A stretch of 64,000 nucleotides of DNA from Octopus vulgaris (taxonomy: Eukaryota). The notes under the pieces were generated by a model. The model searched no databases and was not told the origin of the DNA. It saw only the letters and a list, made by a program, of their open reading frames with translations. The stretch is taken from contig OX597823.1 of assembly GCA_951406725.2 (NCBI GenBank), forward strand, positions 105,400,001 to 105,464,000, in the 5' to 3' direction. This document shows positions 53,182-64,000 of this stretch, piece by piece. The number at the start of each line of letters is the position of its first letter. The first letter of the stretch is position 1. The position numbers and the translations under genes were made by a program.

Positions 53182-53611
53182 GTATGTATATATATGTGTG
53201 TGTATATATCTATATATCTCTTCTCTCTATATATATATACATAGATATAGATATATACACACACATATATATGCATACATATATATGTCGATGTTTTAAC
53301 TTGAGTATTAGATGTTTCACTTTGGCGCATGCGCAATTTCTATTCTATGTGCATTCAAAAACGCTTCGGCGTTGACAATGGAAAAGGAAATAACATAGAG
53401 ACACACGCTCACAAACACACAAACAAAACAACATACGTGTACGCATACATACAAATACACAGACGTACACATGTAATATATATACATTAATATATAAACG
53501 TGAACAAGCGACAATGTACGTATTTATTTAGATATGTATTTGCATGTGTATATACTTGTCTGATTTTTAGTTCTTTAGCTTTGAGTAAATTTATCAAAGT
53601 CCATGTCAGTC

Positions 53612-53667
<56 letters not shown>

Positions 53668-53801
53668 TTTGTATGAATGTGTGTGCCTATAAAATGAACG
53701 AATATATATGGTATATATGTATGTGTACATAAATATAACTATCTCTGCATGCAAATATATTGTTATAGAAGTGTCAGTCCCCCACAATATATATATATAT
53801 A

Positions 53802-54176
53802 CTAGCAGTATCGCCCGGCATTGCTCGGGTTTGTTTCGACCCTTTAGAATTGGAATTTTTGAAAAGTAAAAATTTAGCATTATGTAGCTTGTTATTCTCT
53901 TTAAATGAATATTTTTCTGGTAGAAATACACCGAAAAATGGCGACTCAGCAGTCATTAAATCGTAAAAAATAGGGATTTTCATAGAATAAAAGCACCTTT
54001 TTGATGTAAATAATTTTTGATGTTAACATGGTCCGATTTGAATTTTTTCTCCTACGGAAGGAAGAGCAAACCTTCTATCATATTCTCGATTTTGGTCAAC
54101 TTGCGCCGCAGGGTCTCGGAGGAGATAGTGTTAGTTGAAGGCTACCAAACCTGCCATACACAGACAACGTCAGCTT

Positions 54177-54185
<9 letters not shown>
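53802..54185 (-). mobile_element. Non-autonomous Helitron
   Basis: Minus-strand 3' end CCCGAGCAATGCCGGG hairpin followed by CGATACTGCTAG|T. The 5' end TATATATAAAGCTGACGTTGTCTGT merges into (TA)n. Confidence 0.8.
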
Positions 54186-54244
<59 letters not shown>

Positions 54245-54409
54245 TGTGTCTATGTATGTATGTACGCGTATGGTTGTGCGTATATGTGCACATATACACA
54301 TAAGTGCATACGTATATACAAATATATCTATATACCTATACATCTATATATTTCATATACACAAATATATTTTTCATCCTTAGATAAAAGAATTTTTAGA
54401 CGAACGAAC

Positions 54410-54716
54410 TTACCCCCAATACTTTTTTCAAGCCTGGTACTCGTGAGGTGAGGGACAAAGAAACAAAGATACATACACAAACACACACACACAGATACAC
54501 ACAAACACAAGCATATGTACACATGCATACACACACGCAAGCATACACACGCACGTATACACACACACATGACAGGCTTCTTTCAGTTTCCGTCTGCCAA
54601 ATCCACTCACAAGTCTTTGGTCAGCTCATGGCAATAGAAGACACTTTATCAAGGTTCCACGCAGTGGACTGGATCCGGAGCCATGTTGGGAAGCAAATTT
54701 CTTACTATGGAGCCAC
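54410..54716 (-). mobile_element. SINE family A, degenerate
   Basis: CTTCTTTCAGTTTCCGTCTGCCAAATCCACTCACAAG block. Confidence 0.75.
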
Positions 54717-54778
54717 GCTTACTTATGTATACATACATACATACATACACACACACAGACACAGACACACACACACAC

Positions 54779-54837
<59 letters not shown>

Positions 54838-54872
54838 CATGCATACATGTATGTGTGTATGCATGTATGTAT

Positions 54873-55124
54873 GTTTAACATTGTCCCAAAAGAGATCAAG
54901 GAGGAAAAGGATCCCATCAACTTTAAACAGAGTCTGGACAGATTTCTTCAAGGAATACCGGATAAGCCACCCATACCTGGATACAACTCACACAACAAGA
55001 ACTCACTACTTGATTGGACCATAAACAAACTTGACTTAAAAAGGATTTAGATAATCCTATCAGGTGGTGCTATTAAGTTAGACATGGCCTGGACCAATCT
55101 CTGGTCGAAACATGTCCAAGTTTT
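54873..55124 (+). mobile_element. 5'-truncated CR1-group LINE 3' end
   Basis: FNIVPKEIKEEKDP...NSLLDW...* plus 3' UTR. Closely similar to the reverse complement of 62765-63010. Confidence 0.9.
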
Positions 55125-55303
55125 ATATATATATATATCCATAGACATATATCGTACATGTATATACATATGCATGTCGGTCTGTATATATGTATGTTTG
55201 TATATTACATGTGTGAATATATGTGTGTATCGCCAGGAACGAGCAGGTGAAGCAATGTTTTATATATATATATTGGCAAGGTGTTGGCAAGGTGTCATGC
55301 ACA

Positions 55304-55367
<64 letters not shown>

Positions 55368-55368
55368 T

Positions 55369-55413
<45 letters not shown>

Positions 55414-55478
55414 TGCCCACGAGCCTGGCTAGGCTTGAAAAAGGCGTACAAATAAAATAAATAACAACTACCCTAACA

Positions 55479-55665
55479 TGTCGATGATGAGACCATGAAC
55501 ATTTTGGAACGTGAATGGTCTTGGGTGTTCGCTTCAAACTAAGCAATGAAGACTAATGAGAAAATATGAAAACTCTTTAATAAAAATGTTTAAACTCCAA
55601 CCTGGCAGTGTTTGTGATATAACATATTTGAATAATAATCTGAGGTCGAAACGATCGTAGTGACA
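55479..55665 (+). ncRNA. Degenerate hammerhead with a ~150-nt stem II insert
   Basis: TGTCG-ATGATGA-GACC...GGTC-GAAA-CGATCG-TA-GTGACA. C3 is mutated. Confidence 0.5.
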
Positions 55666-56630
55666 ATTTTTCATGTACTCAGTGGTTAATATGAACGTAT
55701 TTGATAACTAGTCGACTTCGATCGAACCAATTTCAACGTAGATAATACGATGATAATACATAATGTATGTAAGTATGTATGTATGTATGCATTATGTATG
55801 TATGTATGTATGTATGTATGTATGTATGTATGTATGTATGTATGTATGTATGTATGTATGTATGTATGTATGTATGTATGCATGTATGTATGTATGTATG
55901 TATGTATGTATGTATGTATGTATTATGTATGTATGTATGTATGTATGTATGTATGTATGTATGTATGTGTATGTATGTATGTCTGTATGTATGTATGTAT
56001 CTATCTGACTGTCTATCTATCTATAAATAAATAACCAAATAAATAAATAAATCTATACATACACACACACACACATACACACACATACATACATACATAC
56101 ATAATATATACATAAATACATACATACATAAATACATACATACATACATACATACATACATACATACATACATACATACATACATACATACATACATACA
56201 TACATACATACATACATACATACATACATACATACATACTTGTTTGTGTGTATATTTAATGTGTCCCAGTTTACGACCAGCCACACCACACATACATCGG
56301 TCAGTAACCAGAACTCAGACCCTCCACAGCACTCACCTTACCACACACACATACACACACACACACACACACACGTTCACACGTTCACACCAGCACCACC
56401 AGCACCACCAGCACCACCACCTCCACAGCAAATTACTTTTTAATGCCCCCTCCCCCCTACCGTAGCATCACATTTCTATCTCATGTCCATTACCCAACTG
56501 TCCAGAAACAACATTGGAGAAATACATCTTTTTTTTTTATATATATTTATTTATATTTTCATATTTTGTGTATTTGTTTTTTTCTTTATTGTCTGATTTA
56601 TATTTTTATTACTTGTTTATATTATGTTTT

Positions 56631-56690
<60 letters not shown>

Positions 56691-56703
56691 TGTGTGAGTG
56701 TGT

Positions 56704-56806
<103 letters not shown>

Positions 56807-57148
56807 TGTGTGTGTGTGTGTGTGAGTGTGTGAGTGTGTGCGTGTGTGTGTGTGTGTGTGCGTGCGTGTGTGTGTGTATACAGATATGTCATGATATTAA
56901 AGGTAGAACTAGAAATAATGCTGCTGGTTGTACTCGCGGAAGTGGTTGTGATGTTGGCGGTAGTGATGTTGGCGGTAGTGGTGTTGGTGGTAGTTGTGTT
57001 GGAGCTTCTGTTGGTGGTGGTGATGGTGGTGGTGGCACTGGTGGTTGAGTTGATGGTGGGAGTGATAGTGTTGTTGTTGTTGCTAGCTGTTGTGCAAGCT
57101 TGTTTAAACAAAGACCAATGGTCAAAATGTTTTCAAAGAGTTTTGACC

Positions 57149-57822
57149 AGGCCGTGTGGTAAGAAGTTTGCTACCCTACCACATGGTTCAGGGTTCAGTC
57201 CTACCGTGTGACACCTTGGGAAAGTGTCTTCTACTATAGCCTCGGGTCGACCAAAGTCTTGTGAGTAGATTTGGTAGAGAGAAACTGAAAGAAACCCGTT
57301 GTATATATGTTCATGTGTATGCGTGTGTATCTGTGTCTGTGTTTATCCCCTCCACCGATTAACAAAAGGTGTTGGTGTGTTTGCGTCTTCGTAACTTAGC
57401 GGTTCGACAAAAGAGACTGATAGTATAAGTACTAGGCTTAAAGAAAAAAAATAGTATTGGGGTTCATGGTCAAGCTTGTGGCAGTTGAGAACTCCGGTGT
57501 TCTTGGTTCCTGGACTACATCCCTGGTCACCACTATTGGGGTGGAGATTTCTGTCCGCAAATGCGTGCCCCGTGTGCCACAGTAGCAGTTCCGGCACATC
57601 TCCCTCGCTACCCTCCAGGGCAACGCCTTTTCCATTTTGTCTGCTGGTGCCATGAGAACTGTTTCTATATTGTGAGAAGCAAGATTCTCCGTAAATCCCA
57701 ACAGTTCTATTCACTACGTACCCCAAACTAAGTACTGGGGTCCTTACATTCGATTAAGAATTCTCCAAGGCGGTACTCCAGCGTGGCCGCAGTCTAATGA
57801 CTGAAACAAGTAAAATATAAAG
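57149..57822 (+). mobile_element. SINE family A carrying a ~250-bp foreign insert
   Basis: Head and CORE-like block from 57149, tail to 57822. Non-SINE GC-rich sequence at ~57468-57728. Confidence 0.8.
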
Positions 57823-58207
57823 GATCATGATTCCGTTTTGTCCTTCATATACTGTGCTCTCAAACCCTTGTTATCCAATGTACCTTCCCTTGTAGATCGA
57901 TAACAGTTTGGCGGCTATTTCTAGCACCACGTAGCTAGAAGTAAAAGTAAAATTAACACCAAGGTTAGCAACCAAAATGAAGGTCTCTTGTTAAACTACG
58001 TTGTAAGGATTGTTCTTGATGTTGTTGAAGCGCTAGCCATGACCATCCATTCTTTTAGGATCAAGTAAGGCATTGTCTAACATGTCATTTCCTTATTTAA
58101 GAAGGTCGTGTGATTTGTGGAGGTTTGGCTGTTATCTCTAGCAGATATAGATAGGAGTGTCGTGGTGCTGACTCGCGTGTAAGTAGTGTTTGCGGTGGTG
58201 GCGTGAT

Positions 58208-58735
58208 GTATGTATGTATGTATGTATGTATGTATGTATGTATGTATGTATGTTTGTATGTATGTATGTATGTATGTATGTATGTATGTATGTATGTATG
58301 TATGTATGTGTGTGTATGTTTGTATGTATGTATGTATGTATGTATGTATGTTTGTATGTATGTATGTATGTATGTATGTATGTATGTATGTATGTATGTA
58401 TGTATGTATGTATGTATGTATGTATGTATGTATGTATGTATGTATGTATGTATGTATGTATGTATGTATGTATGTTTGTATGTATGTATGTATGTATGTA
58501 TGTATGTATGTATGTATGTATGTATGTATGTATGTATGTTGTATGTATGTATGTTTGTATGTATGTATGTATGTATGTATGTATGTATGTATGTATGTTT
58601 GTATGTATGTATGTGTGTATGTATGTATGTATGTATGTATGTATGTATGTATGTATGTATGTGTGTATGTATGCGTGTATGTATGTGTGTATGTATGTAT
58701 GTATGTATGTATGTATGTATGTATGTATGTATGTA
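58208..58735. repeat. Long (TATG)n microsatellite
   Basis: About 530 bp of TATG units. Similar tracts at 4350-4466, 15900-16150, 23570-23900, 39205-39460 and 55765-56240. Confidence 0.98.
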
Positions 58736-60045
58736 TAAATGGATGTATAGATGCAGGGATGTATGTGCGTATGTTTGTATTTAGTGTATGTATGTATGTA
58801 TGAATGCATGTGTGTATATGCTTGCATGTAAAGTTGGATGTATCGGTGTATGTATGTATAGCTGTATGTATGTATAGCTGTATGTATGTACGTATGCATG
58901 TATAAAACGTATACTTGTATCTATGACTAAATGTATGTATGTATGTATGTATGTATGTATGTATGTATGTATGTATGTATGAATGTATGTATTAATGTAT
59001 GTACCCATGTATACATGCATGTATATGAATTTATTATATGTATGCATGTATGCATGTGTGTATGTATGTAAATAAATGGCTTCAAGCTGGCGGGTGTCGT
59101 ACGGGAAAGATGTTGGGGCGGGTGAAGGGTCACCGAAGACCGGAAGAGTTTTAGTTTTATTGGGATCTTGTTTTTATTTGGTTGGTTTAGTGGAGCTACT
59201 GTTAGTGGAGGCTGCAGTGGTAATGGTACCGCAGTTAGTGTTGGTGGTGTTAGGTGGTAGTACTGGTGTAGATGGTATAATAACGTTGCTAGTGGCGGTG
59301 CAGCTTGGATGGTGGTAGTGGTGCTGGTTGTTATGGTGGTGGTCGAGCTGGTTTTGAGGTGGTGGTGATGGTGATGGTTGTGGTGATGGTGATGCTGGTT
59401 TTGGTGGTGATGGTGATGGTTGTGGTGATGGTGATGCTGGTTTTGGTGGTGGTGCAGGTTTTGGTGGTGCTGGTTGTGATGGTGGCACTGGTTGTGCCGG
59501 TGGTGCTGTTGGTTGCGGTGATGGTGGGTATGGTGGTGGTGGTAGTTTTAATGGTGGTAGTGGTGGTGCTGATTGAGGTAGTGGTACAATATGTGGTGTA
59601 GTGCCATTGTTGTCATTGTTGTTGTTGGTGGTGGTGGTGGTTGTGGTGGCGATAGTATTTGCGGGTGAGGGGTGGTGGTAGTCGTTGTGGTGCTTTCTGA
59701 AACTGAAATGCAGTTATGTCTGGCCACTGCGAGGTCTGATGCGGAGGAGATAAAAAAAAATAAAATAAAATAAAATAAAATAAAATAAAATAAAATAAAA
59801 AGGGATAAAACAACGGTGAATGGAGGACGGTTGGCTAAAGAAGGAACTGGAGGTTGAGGACGTGTTTGAAATGGACACATGGGTGTGGAGAGTAAGGTGG
59901 GGGCGTTGAAGAGTAAGGAGTAAGGAGTGAGGTGTGAGTGGACTGAAGGCGAGCAGAATTTGAAATTGGACAAGGAATGGTAGAGAGCGGGTGGGGCGGG
60001 GGTATAAACAAAACGGACACAGCAATGGCTTGTGGTGTTGTCACC

Positions 60046-60108
<63 letters not shown>

Positions 60109-60140
60109 ACTACAGCACACAAATGTAATATAATATAATC

Positions 60141-60203
<63 letters not shown>

Positions 60204-60273
60204 ATATTCTTTTATTATTTTACTCTTTTATTTGTTTCAGTCATTTGACTGTGGCCATGCTGGAGCAGCGCCA

Positions 60274-60322
<49 letters not shown>

Positions 60323-60343
60323 AATATATATGTGCGCAAATGC

Positions 60344-60384
<41 letters not shown>

Positions 60385-60597
60385 ATTTTTCATTATTATT
60401 ATATATATATACGCACACACATTTGTATGCATGTACAAATATATATATATATGTATACGCATATGTATGTGTATATACATGTGTGCACGTGTGACTGTAT
60501 ATGTATGTATGTGGATATGTACATATGTATGTATGTCTCTCTATATATATACATATATATATACATATATACATATACATATATACATATATATAAA

Positions 60598-60690
<93 letters not shown>

Positions 60691-60903
60691 TTATACACGC
60701 ATATACACGCACACATATAAATACAGTATGTATGTATGTATGCTCCTGTCTGTGGTTATTTCAATGACAAATGAGTGGACGTTCATGACTTGTCAGATGG
60801 ACACTGGCTGAAATGCAAGAATTTGGAGGGGAGGGGCGGAAATGTAAAACTATAAATGAGATAGTTATAGGGAAGGTGAAATGTAAATAGAATGCACACA
60901 AAC

Positions 60904-60939
<36 letters not shown>

Positions 60940-61128
60940 AAGCACACACACACTCACGAACGCATATGTACACATGTACTAAAGCAGACACACATGCACA
61001 CATTCTATCATCCCAGCCACCCCCACCCAGAATACAAAACAAAGAAACAAAGAAAACCAGTAACCCCCGTTCCTTCCTCACCACCAGAGAAATCCAAATC
61101 CAAGAAAAATAGCCAAAACCACCACCGC

Positions 61129-61159
<31 letters not shown>

Positions 61160-61274
61160 GTCATAAACAAAACCAGCATTATAATTACCCATCATCATCA
61201 CCACATTATCCAGTCACTACCAAATCTACTAATACTGCTGCTGCCGCCATCAACACCAACGTCACCATCCCCAC

Positions 61275-61306
<32 letters not shown>

Positions 61307-61327
61307 GCAGCTGCTGCTGCTGCTGTG

Positions 61328-61362
<35 letters not shown>

Positions 61363-61363
61363 G

Positions 61364-61419
<56 letters not shown>

Positions 61420-61834
61420 CAACAAGAACAGCACTACCACCACACTGCTGTTATCATCAACATGACCACCAACAGAAAATCTACCGGCACCAACGCCACA
61501 CCACCCACGACACCTCGCCACCACCACTGCCGCACCACCACCACTGCCGCACCACCACCACCACCACCACCAACAACAACCTAAATGACAAACAAAAGAA
61601 ATGTTGATGACATTCAAAATATAAAAGTAGATGGCAACAATGCTGCTGATGGTGATGATGGTGATGATGGTGATGATGGTGATGATGGTTGTAGATGATA
61701 ACGATGGTGGGGTGATGGTGGTGTTGGTGATGACGACGACGACGACGATGTTGATGACAATGGCAGCGACGGTGAAACTAAAAAACTAAAAAATCATGAA
61801 ACGGCTGTGACGTTGGTGTGGTGTTAGTGGGAGG

Positions 61835-61955
61835 TTCAAAGTGATGGCATTGGTGGGAGCGATGGTAGTTGTGGGAGGAATTGTAGTGGTGGGAGTGATG
61901 GCAGTGGTGGGAGTAATGGTAGTGGTGGGAGTAATGGTAGTGGTGGGAGCGATGG
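61835..61955. repeat. 18-bp minisatellite (GTGGGAGTAATGGTAGTG-like)
   Basis: About six degenerate units with period 18. Confidence 0.8.
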
Positions 61956-62396
61956 CGGTTTTTGGAATTATATTGTGGGCATGATATTAGTAGTCCGGTG
62001 ATGGCAGTGAGGGCAATACAGACTTGGTGGTGGTGGTGGTGCAGGAGGTGATAATGGAGATACTGACCAAGATGATGGCGATCCGATCGACCAAAAGAAT
62101 GTTTCGGGATGAGTTTATTTGGGTACGTTACCACATGTAAATAGACCGAACGCAGACATCTCCTGTAAGTTTTGGGACGGTTAATCTAAATAAAAAGAGG
62201 TAGACTGGGGTAGATAAAAATAAAGTCAAAATAAACTCGTTGGAATTTATCAGAAAGGCAAAAACATTAACGACGAGCAGCATTCAATGACTTTTATGGC
62301 GACGATAGTAGCAAGACTAGCAAAGGAAGCTTTCATTATGGCGTCCAATACCATCGAAACCCTGCACCTATCGACATATACAAATAAACACATTAA

Positions 62397-62626
62397 GGCG
62401 GCGAGCTGGCAGAAACTTTAGCACGCCGGGCGAAATGCGTAGCCGTATTTCGTCTGCCTTCACGTTCTGAGTTCAAATTCCGCCGAGGTCGACTTTGCCT
62501 TTCATCCTTTCGGGGTCGATGAATTAAGTACCAGTTACGCAATGGGGTCGATTTAATCGACTTAATCCGTTTGTCTGCCCTTGTTTGTTCTCTCTGTGTT
62601 TAGTCCCTTGTGGGTAATAAAGAAAT
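62397..62626 (+). mobile_element. SINE family B
   Basis: Full copy with a perfect 21-bp TSD ATATACAAATAAACACATTAA. Confidence 0.95.
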
Positions 62627-62754
62627 ATATACAAATAAACACATTAACATGAATTAGTATTCACGTACTCATACACAATTACAATACTAAGGTGGCCGTG
62701 CACGTACTATATATATTATGCATATAGACACACGAACACTATATATATATCAAT

Positions 62755-64000
62755 TTAGATAAAACTTAGATATGTTTCGACCAAAGATTGGTCCGGGCCA
62801 TGTCTAACTTAATAGCACCACCTGATAGGATTATCTAAATCCTTTTTAAGTCAAATTTTGTTTATGGTCCATTCAAGTAGTGAGTTCTTGTTGAGTGAGT
62901 TGTATCCAATTATGGGTGGCTTATCTGGTATTCCTTGAAGAAATCTGTCCAAATTTAAAGGTAATGGGATCCTTTTCCTCTTTTATCAGTTTTGGGACAA
63001 TGTTGAACAGGGCAGGGCCTGTTGAGGAAAAGAAATTATGTCGCAGTGTACCTATATGTTGTGATCCTGAATTAGGCAGGGGACGTATGGCCCGTGGTCT
63101 CAGCCTTGGATGAACCTTGAAACTAATGTTCAGGTCGTTTGGGCAATGCTGGCGGTATATTCTCCACATCGTGCAAATAATGTACCGCTAGCAGCGGCGC
63201 TAGAGAGAGTAGAGTTTCAAGGCTTTAAGGCGGTCTCAGTAATCGAGATCAGTCATGCCTTCAATTCGTTTAGCGAGTGCCCTCTGAGATGATTAAATTT
63301 TCGAGATGTTTTGCTGTGTATGGGTAGACCACAGAGGGCAGCAGTATTCGACGTGTGTCCGTACAAAGGAGGAGAAAAGTGGAATGATGAAACTTTGTAC
63401 TCTGGGCCGGAAGGTTCTTAAGATCCAGGAGCTCATCCTACGAGCTATAGCGACCTTATTGTTGATATGAGCACTCCAACTGAGATTGTTGCCAGCAAAT
63501 ACACCCAGGTCTCTGATATTATTAAATGCTGTGAGCGGTTCCCCTGAAAGAAGAGAGTATGGCTGTTTTAGTATAGACCTTCCAAAATGCATCAGTTCAA
63601 ATTTTCCCTCGTTTAGTTGCATTTTGTTTTTGTCTGCCCATTGACTCACAGCATATATATCAGACTGGAGTTGAGTTCGGTCTTCATTGATGATTTGCTG
63701 GAGCTTAGTGTCATCAGCAAATATTTTCACTTTGCAGTGATTTACGACGCTGGAAAGGTCGTTTATGTAAATTACAAAGAGGGACGGACCCAAGACAGGC
63801 CCCTGAGGGACACCACTGGTAACTTTTGATGGGCTTGAGTGGACTCCATCGACCGCAGCATGTGTTCTGTTCGCCAGGAAATACTTAATTCAGTGTAGAA
63901 GTTTTCCACGGATTCCAACATTTGCCAATTTTGAGAGTAAGATATTATGGTCAACCCCGTCAAACGCTTTACTGAAGTCAAGATATGACATCAGAGTTCG
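62755..64000 (-). mobile_element. CR1-group LINE, RT to 3' end (continues beyond the window)
   Basis: YLDFSKAFD, GVPQG..LGPSLFVIYIND, FADDTKL, RDLGV, EYCCPLWS. Frameshifted. 3' UTR ends in a short TCTAA-type repeat. Confidence 0.93.

Overview
AT-rich, microsatellite-saturated eukaryotic intergenic or intronic DNA. The repeat families resemble those of octopus/coleoid genomes (recall-based inference, not a search result). I find no credible host protein-coding exon; nearly all track ORFs are translations of (TA)n, (CA)n, (TATG)n or triplet repeats. Recognisable coding remnants are all transposable elements: a full-length mariner, a maT/DD37D-like Tc1-mariner, a full-length Buster/Charlie hAT, a Merlin/ISXO2 transposase, Helitron pieces, R4/Dong, RTE and CR1-group LINE fragments, and a Penelope-like RT fragment. 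There are also about 25 tRNA-derived SINE copies. The most striking unannotated signal is about 13 loci with type I hammerhead-ribozyme (HHR) or HHR-like folds, mostly from apparently unrelated sequence families. Four sit in both arms of long fold-back inverted repeats anchored on (TA)n tracts, consistent with Penelope-like element (PLE) ends. They include a U3-A8 core variant and a different palindromic stem III in almost every family. A hairpin element with a tRNA-like loop is also present. All folds and alignments were done by eye.
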